From the NCBI GenBank assembly GCA_008632985.1, contig QPGO01000023.1, forward strand, positions 741,681 to 805,680: a stretch of DNA of 64,000 bases, given 5' to 3'. The first letter of the stretch is position 1; each line of letters begins with the position of its first letter. This document shows positions 47,301-56,229 of the stretch, piece by piece. The notes under the pieces are model-generated. The model was given only the letters and a program-made list of their open reading frames with translations. It was not told where the DNA came from and did no database searches. The position numbers were made by a program, and so were the translations under genes. Source of the DNA: Psammoneis japonica (lineage: Eukaryota).

Positions 47301-50020
47301 TGTGCTTCACACTCAACCATGCAGCGTCCCCACGTCTCCACTGGCGCACGCCCCTCGAGACTCTCACTGGCTCCACCCCGGACATCAGCCCATTGCTTCG
47401 CTTTCACTGGTGGGAACCCGTGTGCTTCCACCTCGATGACTCCGATTGGCCGTCCGAATCCCGTGAGTTGCGTGGACGCTTCGTTGGCATTGCTGAGCAC
47501 GTCGGCCACCAGATGACCTTCAAGATTCTATCTGACGAGACTCAGAAGATCCTCTACCGGTCCAACGTCCGCTCCGCTGCCCCCGATCCTGCCGTTCGAA
47601 ACCTGCGTCTTGATCCTCCTGATGGGGAGCCACCTGAACCCATCATCAAATCTCGCCATGACGACAACCCCGTCGACTCTCCTGATGGGGAGATCAGGAC
47701 ACCCAAGATGCCAGTTTTCGATCCGCAAGACATCATTGGACGTACCTTCCTCATGCAGCCACAAGAGGACGGACAACGCCACAGAGCTCGCATCGTCAAG
47801 GCCGTCGAAGACCACGAATGGAAAGTGAACGGCAATCCCGAGCTCACTAAGTTCGTCTGCTCTGTCAACAATGACGAATACGAGGAAGTCCTTGCCTGCA
47901 ATGACATCATGAATCACATTGAGCAAGAAGACGAAGACACCACTGTTTGGAAATTTCGACGCATCGTGTCGCACGAAGGACCTCTGAAGCCTCACGACCC
48001 AACCTGGAAAGGCTCCAGCTACAACATCATGCTTGAATGGGAAAGTGGGGAGATCACGTCCGAGCCTCTTGCCATCATCGCCAAGGACGACCCCGTCACC
48101 TGTGCCATCTATGCACGAGAGAACGGACTCCTCGACACGGATGGCTGGAAGCGGTTCCGCACCATCGCGAGGCGCCAAAAGAAGCTATTTTGCATGGCCA
48201 ACCAAGCCAAGCTTCGCTCCTTCCGCACTGCACCTCGCTACAAGCATGGATGCGAAGTTCCCCGGAACTACAAACACGCCATGTCACTAGACGAACGCAA
48301 CGGCAACCGCAAGTGGGGAGACGCAACTAATCTCGAGATGGACCAACTCGACGAATACGAAGTCTTCCATGACTGCGGGCCCTTCAAGTCTTCCACTCCT
48401 CCTGCGGGACACAAGAAGATCCGAGTGCACCTAGTGTACGACGTGAAACACGACGGTCGCCACAAGGCACGACTCGTAGCCGACGGGCACCTCACAGACG
48501 TACCTGTCGACAGTGTCTACTCCGGAGCAGTCTCCCTCCGTGGCCTTCGGCTGATGATTTTCCTGGCCGAACTCAACGAGTTGGAGACATGGGCCACCGA
48601 CATTGGCAATGCCTGCCTTGAAGCCACCACCAAGGAGAAGCTTTACATTGTAGCTGGACCCGAGTTCGGCAAACTCGAAGGGCACATCCTTGTCATCCAC
48701 AAGGCACTGCATGGACTGCGCAGCTCCGGTCTCCGCTGGCACGAGCGCTTCGCCGACTGCCTGCGAGCTGAAGGCTTCTTCCCCTGCCGCGCCGAACCCG
48801 ACATTTGGATGCGCAGGAACGGCGACCACTGTGAATGCATTGCCGTTTATGTGGATGACCTCGCCATTGCCATGAAGGACCCTCAATCTTTCGTCGACAC
48901 TCTCACGGAAAAGCACAAGTTCAAGCTCAAGGGCACGGGACCCATTGAATTCCATCTGGGTTGCGACTTTTCCCGGGAACCCGACGGAACCTTGTGCCTG
49001 TCTCCGCGCAAGTACATCGAGCGCATGGTCGACAGCTGTGCCCGACTGTTTGGGGAGAAACCCACCACCAACGCCCTGTCACCTCTAGAGAAGGGTGACC
49101 ACCCCGAACTGGACACTTCTGAACTGCTGGGACCCGATGGCATTCACAAGTTCCAGTCTCTTGTTGGTTCACTCCAATGGGCAGTGTCCCTTGGTCGAAT
49201 TGACATTGCCACGGCCGTCATGTCACTCTCTAGCTTCCGAGCTGCGCCCCGTCAAGGCCACTTGGATCGTGCCAAACGCGTCTGTGGGTGCCTCTCCAAG
49301 ATGCGACACGGTGCTCTCCGCGTTCGCACGGAAGAGCCCGACTGTTCGGATCTCCCTGCTCTGGCCTATGAATGGATGCATTCCGTGTATGGTGAAGCAG
49401 AAGAGATGATCCCGAAGGACGCTCCACCGCCCCTTGGCAAGTTCGTCACTGCCACCCACTACGTCGATGCAAACTTGCACCATTGCATGCTCACCGGACG
49501 CTCTGTCATGGGAATGCTCCACTTCCTCAACAAATTCCCGGCTGATTGGTTCTCTAAGAAACAAGCCACCGTGGAGACTGCGACCTGCGGGTCTGAATTT
49601 GTTGCCGCAAGGACTTGTGTTGAGCAGATTATCGACCTGCGCATCACCCTGCGCCACCTTGGCGTCCCGATCCGTAACGTTAGTTACATGTTCGGTGACA
49701 ACAAGTCGGTTGTAGACAGTGCCACCATCCCGCACTCCAAGTTACACAAGCGACACACCGCACTGTCGTTCCACCGTGTGCGTGAGGCAATTGCCTCTGG
49801 TTGCCTTGAGCTCCACTTCATCGAAGGCTCCCGCAACCCTGCTGACATTCTCAGCCAGCATTGGGGTCACTCCCAAATCTGGGACCTTCTCCGCCCCCTC
49901 ATGTTCTGGAACTTCATTCCATCCGAAGTCGAATCTGTTTCTGTGGCTCCTCAAGCAAACTGGGGAGTGACAGGATTTGAACAGGATTTAGGTGCGCGCC
50001 AAGCATCGCGCGCTGTTTAG
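44351..50020 (+). CDS. Copia Gag-Pol polyprotein; ORF intact but many conserved Tyr changed to Cys/His
   Basis: Protease LVDRGAN; integrase D(ATD)..D(ISD)..E(FAE); RT YDVKHDGRHKARLVADGH and YVDD; RNase H YVDA, GSEF, FGDNKS, NPADI. Confidence 0.93.
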   Translation: MVLTRQQQTDGFEHVVGTVLAQGAGSPLRLALAQDGTDSHQELFTFMPSQIDSLECDNGTNVIPLPRGYKNMLAAPVSLYIVKAHKGLDVANDSSLFTHDEFLACRLSPDCMSSVSIGSSPLAPPHVTNPTKARDPVQDFKRGIKRDPTAFTALKSDKQWHTWHTSLVAQARAQDVECILDSSYKPTSPEDKLLFAEQQKHMFAVFERILLTDKGKALIRENVGSSDAQTVCRSLSECALASTRASVESSTLLTHLTTARLGDGTWKGPTHGFILHWQDQLRKCEALIPASDHFSEGQKRVMLENAVHPVEELRAVKNQADQHRTQSGKSLTCDQCCGLLLSAAAQYDSTFQPKTTPRAPRRAMCAHDVYSEEPSDDVFYDIDSDVDVLQANAACTRSPSLTGVQWRRLPPDHQRLWDSLPDSSKAIILEHSRPPPRNPRASNCHESVTANLHDQRLGSDGDVNLSNTTPADSGDSAPHVDATSDDPILAHLTKRKPLPPGDLQRLLSPNQAPNASRPGPSAASSTPPASADDMELNGRTCRRVNNHNVICSASAHRSTRTGALVDRGANGGIAGDDVRVIARTSRQVDVQGIDDHQLVDIPIVTAGAVVETQRGPVIAILHQCAHTGKGKTIHSCGQLEWYNQDVNDRSVKVPNGLQRIATPDGCVIPIDIKAGLPCVAMRPYNDAEWDTLPHVILTGDDTWDPSVLDHSVTDDDQWYDAISDPQDDPTANPFDECGNYRHRVVVNETIMSASLSADHASALDDHLIPNDDVFYECHLHAIGPQGDDVPPPERTVQPKDPPFESLRPCFGFLPTDAVRRTFDCTTQCARMPAGTHLRKACKSPNPALNVHRRNEPIATDTVYADTPAVDSGCTSAQLFVGTESTVTDVYGTETDKEFVNTLEDQIRERGAPSKLISDRAQVEISNKVLGILRALFISSWQSEPHQQHQNFAERRHPTVKRMANTVMDRFGSPAHTWLLALMYVCFTLNHAASPRLHWRTPLETLTGSTPDISPLLRFHWWEPVCFHLDDSDWPSESRELRGRFVGIAEHVGHQMTFKILSDETQKILYRSNVRSAAPDPAVRNLRLDPPDGEPPEPIIKSRHDDNPVDSPDGEIRTPKMPVFDPQDIIGRTFLMQPQEDGQRHRARIVKAVEDHEWKVNGNPELTKFVCSVNNDEYEEVLACNDIMNHIEQEDEDTTVWKFRRIVSHEGPLKPHDPTWKGSSYNIMLEWESGEITSEPLAIIAKDDPVTCAIYARENGLLDTDGWKRFRTIARRQKKLFCMANQAKLRSFRTAPRYKHGCEVPRNYKHAMSLDERNGNRKWGDATNLEMDQLDEYEVFHDCGPFKSSTPPAGHKKIRVHLVYDVKHDGRHKARLVADGHLTDVPVDSVYSGAVSLRGLRLMIFLAELNELETWATDIGNACLEATTKEKLYIVAGPEFGKLEGHILVIHKALHGLRSSGLRWHERFADCLRAEGFFPCRAEPDIWMRRNGDHCECIAVYVDDLAIAMKDPQSFVDTLTEKHKFKLKGTGPIEFHLGCDFSREPDGTLCLSPRKYIERMVDSCARLFGEKPTTNALSPLEKGDHPELDTSELLGPDGIHKFQSLVGSLQWAVSLGRIDIATAVMSLSSFRAAPRQGHLDRAKRVCGCLSKMRHGALRVRTEEPDCSDLPALAYEWMHSVYGEAEEMIPKDAPPPLGKFVTATHYVDANLHHCMLTGRSVMGMLHFLNKFPADWFSKKQATVETATCGSEFVAARTCVEQIIDLRITLRHLGVPIRNVSYMFGDNKSVVDSATIPHSKLHKRHTALSFHRVREAIASGCLELHFIEGSRNPADILSQHWGHSQIWDLLRPLMFWNFIPSEVESVSVAPQANWGVTGFEQDLGARQASRAV
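49962..49967 (+). promoter_or_regulatory. Short polypurine tract
   Basis: GGGGAG immediately 5' of the 3' LTR. Confidence 0.7.
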
Positions 50021-50243
50021 TTTACCGTGCACAGTTTTGTGTGCTTTAGTTCCGCGCGTTCACGCGCGATGTAGTTTGCTTTCGAGCCACAAGGCTCACA
50101 AGAATAATGACAGTAGCCCGACCACACCGACTCACACGTCTTTCGGCTCCTGTGACGGTCTCTGAGCGGAGACTCATCTGCTGTTTAGACAGCAGTGAGG
50201 AGTCATTGTTTGAATTCTTGCCATTTGCCTTTGTTTTCTGTCA
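49968..50243 (+). repeat. 3' LTR
   Basis: 276 bp; 12 substitutions relative to the 5' LTR; only 8 TA remain. Confidence 0.97.
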
Positions 50244-52320
50244 CAAGTGGTGCTGCACACCAGTCACCGCAGATGATCGGGCAGAGATTTGCTGCCAAAA
50301 GACAAGCAAAGCCCAGCTGATGGGCAAGTTTTTCAACAGTTGTTGGCTCAGCAGAGGATCATTGGGTGGAGTGTTGGTTGCAACCAGCAAAAGAGAAAAG
50401 CCCAACTGATGGGTGAGCCAATCTGGGATTGTGCAGTTGGCCAAGATTGCACTGGTGCTGGCCCCAGGGTGGCATGCATGGCAAGACAAATTGAGCAACA
50501 TTTCAAACAAATGTCTCACATGGCTTCTTGAATGGACAACAGTTGGACAAGTTCATCCTGCAATGCACTTGTGCTGCTGTCAGACTTGTCATCTTTTTCC
50601 AGCACTGGTGACTCATTCCTTTCATCATGGCCACTGGACTTGTTCCTGCCATTGTGACCACTGGGCCACCCATTCCTTCAATCACGGCCATTTGTGAGCA
50701 ACAAACATTGAGTCAGCACCAGTCATGAACAATGCCACAAGGACAAAAATTGTGCAAATTGCTCACCTCACCATTGCTCTGCTGCTGGACAACAAAAACA
50801 AAAAAGAAGCATTGTTGTGTTCAACATGCTGTCAAGCTCCACTTTTTGCATGTTTGCTGCCTCCATTTCAAGCCACAAGAATTTGCTGACCATGCCTGGG
50901 ATTTTTTCAGACTTGCTTTCAGGTTTGCCACAGAGGAGCTGTTTTTGCCCCCATCCCTGATGTGCAACATGGAGGTGGCTGCATCCAGGCTGTGTTGAGC
51001 AGTGCCAGGATTGGACATGTTGACACCTGAGCTGGCTGGAACAAGGCAAGCAAACTCATGGGGAGAGTGAAAGAGTTGCCGTGGCAGCCAACTGCTGCCT
51101 TTCACCTGCAGAGGATGGCTTTGCCCAGAAAGTCAGCAAGGTCAAGAAGGGCTGCTCAAAACCTTCTGGGTCTGCACCACTTTTCATGCCAGCAGCATTG
51201 TGCGCCACGCCGTCAGCTTGTTGCAAAGCTCCTGCTTGACCCTCTGAGCCTTGCAACATCTGGTGCATGGGAAGCAATGGCTCTGTCATTGAGGTGAAAG
51301 ACCTTGAGAATTGGGACATTTTGGAAATGATTGGTCAGACTGCACTTGCCAAAGTCATTGTGCAGAAGTGCGCAGTCATTGGGGTGCCTGGGTTGCTTTC
51401 TTTGTCAAGTGCAACATGCGAAGCTTTTTGGCGAAGGTGCTGGGAGGCTCTCTGGAACAGAGGGTTGCTGAGAATCTTGATGATTTGAGAATCTTTTGCT
51501 GGCCTCCAGTTCTCAGAAGTGCTGAAGGAGGGCTTGTTAACGCGCGCACTTTGTCCTTCCAGAAAACTGGTGCCACATTTTTCTTGCAAAATTGCCCTCA
51601 CTTCCCGGGTTTCCCTCACAAGGTTGAGGTGACCCCCCTTGCCCTGGCCATTTTGTGGGATCCCCAAATGAGCAAAACCAAACTGTGTTGTTGTTGTGAA
51701 GAAGCTGCTTGCAATTGCAGCAAAGATCTCTGAAGCCAAGTGCTTTTGTGGGCACAATGCTCCCATCCACAAGCATCTTCTCTTCTGCTGTTGGCAGCCC
51801 TTCAACATCACAACCATGGGCAGCCAAGAAAAGCTTTTGACTGAAGAAATGAGGGGTTGGCGCAAGCCCCCCACTTCCTTGTCATGTGGTGTGCCATCAA
51901 AACACAGCGAAGCGACAAAGAACATTGCCAACAATGACACAAAATGAAAAACAGAAACCTGCAAAAACTGACAAACAGCAGTGGCAGCTCACCAACAAGA
52001 TGACTCAACAACAAGAAAAGAGCAACAACAACACAGCCTGTCAACAGCAATTGCAAAACGAAAACAAGACACAAGCAAACACGGAAAAGAGAAGCATCAT
52101 CATCAACAACAAAGCAATGGCAAAGACAGTGCAAATGTGCATGCAAAAAAGATGAAGCATTGCAAACGCTCCGCAATGTCAACAACCACGACACACAGGA
52201 AGAATCAACAGCCTGATGGCCTTGCAATGGCTTAAGGTCCTTCTTTCCATTGAAAAGCCATCTGATCAAAGGCAGGCATTGTTCTTTCCCATGTGAAGTG
52301 ACATGCCTTTGATCAGACAG
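50244..52320. other. TpA- and CpG-depleted block C (continuation of the DNA interrupted by the copia)
   Basis: TA nearly absent; Tyr-free spurious ORFs; joined to 43111 through the TSD. Confidence 0.75.
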
Positions 52321-52622
52321 CATTTAAGAGGAAAGACCAAGGGGTCATACATTGCAGTTGTTAGTTGTTGTTATGCTGCACCTCACACAGCAGCAGTTTT
52401 GTGTTGGCAGAGGCTATTTAATCCGGATGTCGCTGGCTTGTCATCTAATCTGGATGCGGCTCTAGCTAGCAGTTGGTCCTCGGTGACGAGCGAGGGAGAT
52501 GGGGCAATGCCCCATCACAACACAAAACAATGCGCATTATGGACCGTACGGTTGGTTGTTCTCCAACGCCGTTGCCCTGCACCGCCCTGTCTCCTCATCC
52601 GAGCCATTCTCCCCCCCCCCCC

Positions 52623-54074
52623 CTAGTTCGACTCTTTGTGTAATGCAAACAACTCTGCGAGTCTTTTGTTGCGGAAACGACCGGTCGGGTCGTACTTGAT
52701 ACACAAGCTTCGAAATCTCGCGTAGTCCTTGTCGCCGTATATCTTCTTCACGTCGGAGGGGCCAAAGCCAAAGTCGGAATTCTTGTTTATGGCGGGAATG
52801 CCACCAAGGCTGCGGGCCACTCGCCCCCATTCCTCCTCCAATTCGACTTGCTTGGCATCTTCGGGAAAATATGAGACCATGTCGATTGCATATTTGGCTT
52901 CTCTTTTGGTAGTATATCCGGCACCGGTGTCGTTCTTTGGGATATAATAGACCGAAATGAAAGACGCCGTTACGCCGCGTTCCTTTTTCGAACGTTCGCA
53001 AACATCGATTACCGTCTTTATGGCTCTGGGAAAGTCGCCCGGGGAGAAATGCCAGTCGCATAAAGCAATGCGTCGCTCGGGTGAAGCGAGCACGCCTCGA
53101 TCGAAGGGGGATAGTTCCAGATCGCCAAACCAATTTGTAAGGCGCACGTATAGTTGCTGCAGACCGAGCTGAAATCTTGGAACCACCACATTGGGAACGA
53201 GATAGTAGCAAAGCTTGTCCCAAAACAGGTAAAACGTCTGGTACAACTTCATGGGCAATCCACTCCTACTACTAGAACCCCTTCCGCCGCGATGCTCATC
53301 TTCTACCTTGGCGCTCGTCGACTCATCTTCTTTCCATCCCGTGCGCGAATGCTGTTCCTTGCAGAATTGGCCGCATCCGGGGTAGATGTACAGGTATTCG
53401 TGCGCCCTCTTGTTCCCTTCGGAAGAGCAGTCGATCGTCGAATAGAGATCCTCCAGCGAAGAAATATTCTCCGAAACGAATCGTACCCGGTGCAACCTTT
53501 CGGGATACACTCGCAACGTCACCTGGTAGACGATGCCCAACATTCCCTGATGCGTGCGGAGAAAGTAGGTCAGATCGTCTTCGTCTTTCGAAACCGTCTT
53601 GAGAGACCCGTCCGCCAGGACGAGGCGGTATTCCACCGCATCGGCGGAAAATTTGGCGTGCCGACCCCCGGTGGCGACGGAAAGGTCGTACATGGGCGTG
53701 GAGGAAATGGCCCCGATGGAAAAGTTGCCAAACAAGGGCACGACGCCGGGCTGAAAGCCCGTTCCCCTCAGGCCGTCCAGCAGCTGTCGCATCGTCGCAC
53801 CGGCCTCGACCGTCACCAGACCGTTTTCGTCGGGCGTTCCGACGCGGTTCATGTCCGAAAGGTCGAGGACGAGGTCGTTGTTTTCGGAACCGGACGAGGC
53901 ACCGTCGGGGAGGGTGAGGGATCCCACCGAGTACCGACCGCCGAGGACCTTGACCCTCCCGTCGGTTCCTCGGACCAGCTCTTGGATCTCCCGCACGTCC
54001 CTGGGCTTTCTCACCACGACGCTACCACCGAGGTCGGAGCGGTATCGACGGTTGACGCTGAAAAGGGTGGTCAT
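52623..54074 (-). CDS. FAD-linked oxidase (VAO/PCMH family, L-gulonolactone-oxidase-like)
   Basis: VKVLGGRYS, LDLSDMNRV, VTVEAGATM, SIGAIS, YRLVLADGS, GMLGIVYQVTL, KYDPTGRFRN; first ATG at 54074, 5' end uncertain. Confidence 0.82.
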   Translation of the reverse strand: MTTLFSVNRRYRSDLGGSVVVRKPRDVREIQELVRGTDGRVKVLGGRYSVGSLTLPDGASSGSENNDLVLDLSDMNRVGTPDENGLVTVEAGATMRQLLDGLRGTGFQPGVVPLFGNFSIGAISSTPMYDLSVATGGRHAKFSADAVEYRLVLADGSLKTVSKDEDDLTYFLRTHQGMLGIVYQVTLRVYPERLHRVRFVSENISSLEDLYSTIDCSSEGNKRAHEYLYIYPGCGQFCKEQHSRTGWKEDESTSAKVEDEHRGGRGSSSRSGLPMKLYQTFYLFWDKLCYYLVPNVVVPRFQLGLQQLYVRLTNWFGDLELSPFDRGVLASPERRIALCDWHFSPGDFPRAIKTVIDVCERSKKERGVTASFISVYYIPKNDTGAGYTTKREAKYAIDMVSYFPEDAKQVELEEEWGRVARSLGGIPAINKNSDFGFGPSDVKKIYGDKDYARFRSLCIKYDPTGRFRNKRLAELFALHKESN

Positions 54075-54493
54075 CTTTCTTCCTTCGATCCGATCTCTGT
54101 GGCCATGGCTCTTCGGCGCTGTAATGGACGACGACACCACGCCCAAAAAGATCGGGGAAAAGATCAACAAGATCAGAAGATAACCTTACTTTTTCTTCGC
54201 CCTTAGGTGCTCTTCAGGTCTAGCTTCAATACTTACCCCATCAACTGAAAACTTGGGAGCCAAGAGCATCCTCGACCGCATCCGCCGACATGGAGCATAG
54301 AGCATGATGGAGCTGGGAGCACTGATGTGGTGGGGCAGGATCACCCTGCGCCAAAAAAGTGAAGTTATCGTAGGATTTTACGCAACGAGTACTATGACGT
54401 GTCATCTTGAACAAAAAATTCGCAAAAATATAACGGTCACCAAGAGGACGACGCAGGAACACAAAAAATGGCAAAACAAAACAACGCCGTGCC

Positions 54494-55905
54494 ATGGAGA
54501 GCGGATCCGAGTCAGATGATACACACGAGAGGAGGCCGCGGCGCGTAATACGGGCGACCCATTTCCACTGCTATCTCCTCCGATCGCTGGATCCAAAGCA
54601 CCCACATAAAACGTACATTGGCTTTACGACGAATCCTCACAGACGACTTCGGGAACACAATGGTGATTTAAAGAACGGTGGTGCTCGCAGGACCCGTCGT
54701 TCAGGAAGACCGTGGCAGTTTGTTTTGGTGGTTCACGGATTTCCAGATCAAACGACAGCGCTGCAATTCGAATGGGCGTGGCAACATCCCAAAAAATCTC
54801 GGCACATTCGAAACGCAATTGGCGATGACCAAGCCGTTGCCTTGTCTCGAAAACGGGGCATCCGAGCTCAATTGCTGGTGCTAAAGACACTACTCACCGA
54901 ATGCGAGTCATTTTCGCAGTATTCCTTGGATGTGCACTTTTTGCAGAAACAGCATATGGATGAATTCTCTCGGGCGGCGGACGATCTTGCGTTGCCTGGA
55001 CACATGACACAAGCCGTGATTGCCGTCGAGGACATGCCCTTTTGGGAGGACTGTGAAACGAAAAAGACGAGAAAGAAGATTCCTGGCCGGCCTTCAAAAG
55101 CGAAATTGACGACAAAGTGCAAGCTGTATTGCTTCTTGTGCGGGTCGTCGGTGATGGACAAGGAAGTCCCTTTCACGTGTGTCGAGTGCGTTACGGTGTT
55201 CCACGAATGCTGCTTGGAATATCATCTCGAGGACGAAGGGATTGACTCATCATGTCGTGATGTAAACTGGTAAGATATTGAGTCCCGGTACTTGTTTATT
55301 CGACGAATCTACTTTGTTATTTCTTGGAACGCACTCCTAAACTTATTATTTCTCTGATAATTATCAGCCCTTCTTGCAAAAGTAGCTTGGATTGGTGCCC
55401 CGATGAGAGCTTTTATGCTGAAAACGAAAAGAGGGTTTGCCAGGATATTGGTAATTTGGACATTTCTGACTCGTCCGAGGAGAATTTCGATGGTTTGGCT
55501 TCTGACGATGACGCTTCATTTACGAATGCTCGAGGTAGTAAAGTGGACAGCATGGAACAATCTCGCGGTCGTAAAGTTGTGTCCAGTAGCGACGATGAAG
55601 ATGATTCGCACAACTCCATCATGGGCATTGAAAGCACCTTGCATGACTATGAAGAAAGTTTTGAAAGCAGCGACGACGAGAGGCTTGACTATCGTGGCGG
55701 ACGTGTGCCTAGCTTTGACGACCATGAATATGCATCTTCTCCTGATTCAACGAGACTCACGAATACGTCCCAACAGTTGTCGAAAACTCCTGTAGTGCTT
55801 GATCTGACGTCTCCTGAGCCCTTTGCTTCGGATGAAAGAAACGAGTTCCACACCAATAATTATACCCGTGCGGATCACGTCACCGTGATTGATCTTTGTG
55901 ACTAA
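54494..55905 (+). CDS. SLX1: Structure-specific endonuclease SLX1 (GIY-YIG plus Zn finger); intron 55270-55367
   Basis: [29 protein letters not shown]...[14 protein letters not shown]; the splice completes C..C/C..C/H..C/CPSC; acidic tail. Confidence 0.9.
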
Positions 55906-56229
55906 CAATTGAAGCTTAAAGTAAACAGCGCATTGTCCGACTCCGATAAGAAGTTGCACCGAATCTTTCATCTAGCTGCTTCTAGCGTGTTGTTCCGATG
56001 TACTTTTGTCAATAATGAAGTTTTCCCCCATATATTCTGAATTCGGTCGAAGTAGAAGAGAAGTACTAATTTAGTTTACAATGTACAGTGAATGTTCAAT
56101 GTAGCGAGCTACGCGGAGTAGGTGATACTGGTAGCTACATAACTTGAGCCCAATGACACACAAGAGGGCAAATTCAAATAGAAAGGTGAAACGACCCGTG
56201 CAAATAAAGCATGATCCCCCACACTTGCT

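Larger units (their letters stand above)
43112..50243 (+). mobile_element. Full-length Ty1/copia LTR retrotransposon (diatom CoDi-like) inserted into older decayed DNA
   Basis: Two 276-bp TG...CA LTRs; 5-bp TSD CAAGT (43107-43111 and 50244-50248); PBS; PPT; single gag-pol ORF in PR-INT-RT-RH order. Confidence 0.97.

Noticed and set aside
44351..50020. Alternative genetic code (Cys/His codons read as Tyr) or RNA-level ADAR editing before integration
   Set aside because: Neighbouring host genes use Tyr normally. The changes occur on both strands (A->G and T->C) and differ between the LTRs, which points to post-insertion DNA mutation.
43112..50243. Classical RIP (CpA->TpA) or 5mC deamination as the cause of the LTR differences
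   Set aside because: Conserved Tyr->Cys/His changes in pol show TA was ancestral, and no CpG transitions separate the LTRs.
53154..54206. 350-aa + strand ORF, and similar long antisense ORFs within the copia
   Set aside because: Antisense shadows of GC-rich coding sequence with no domain signal.
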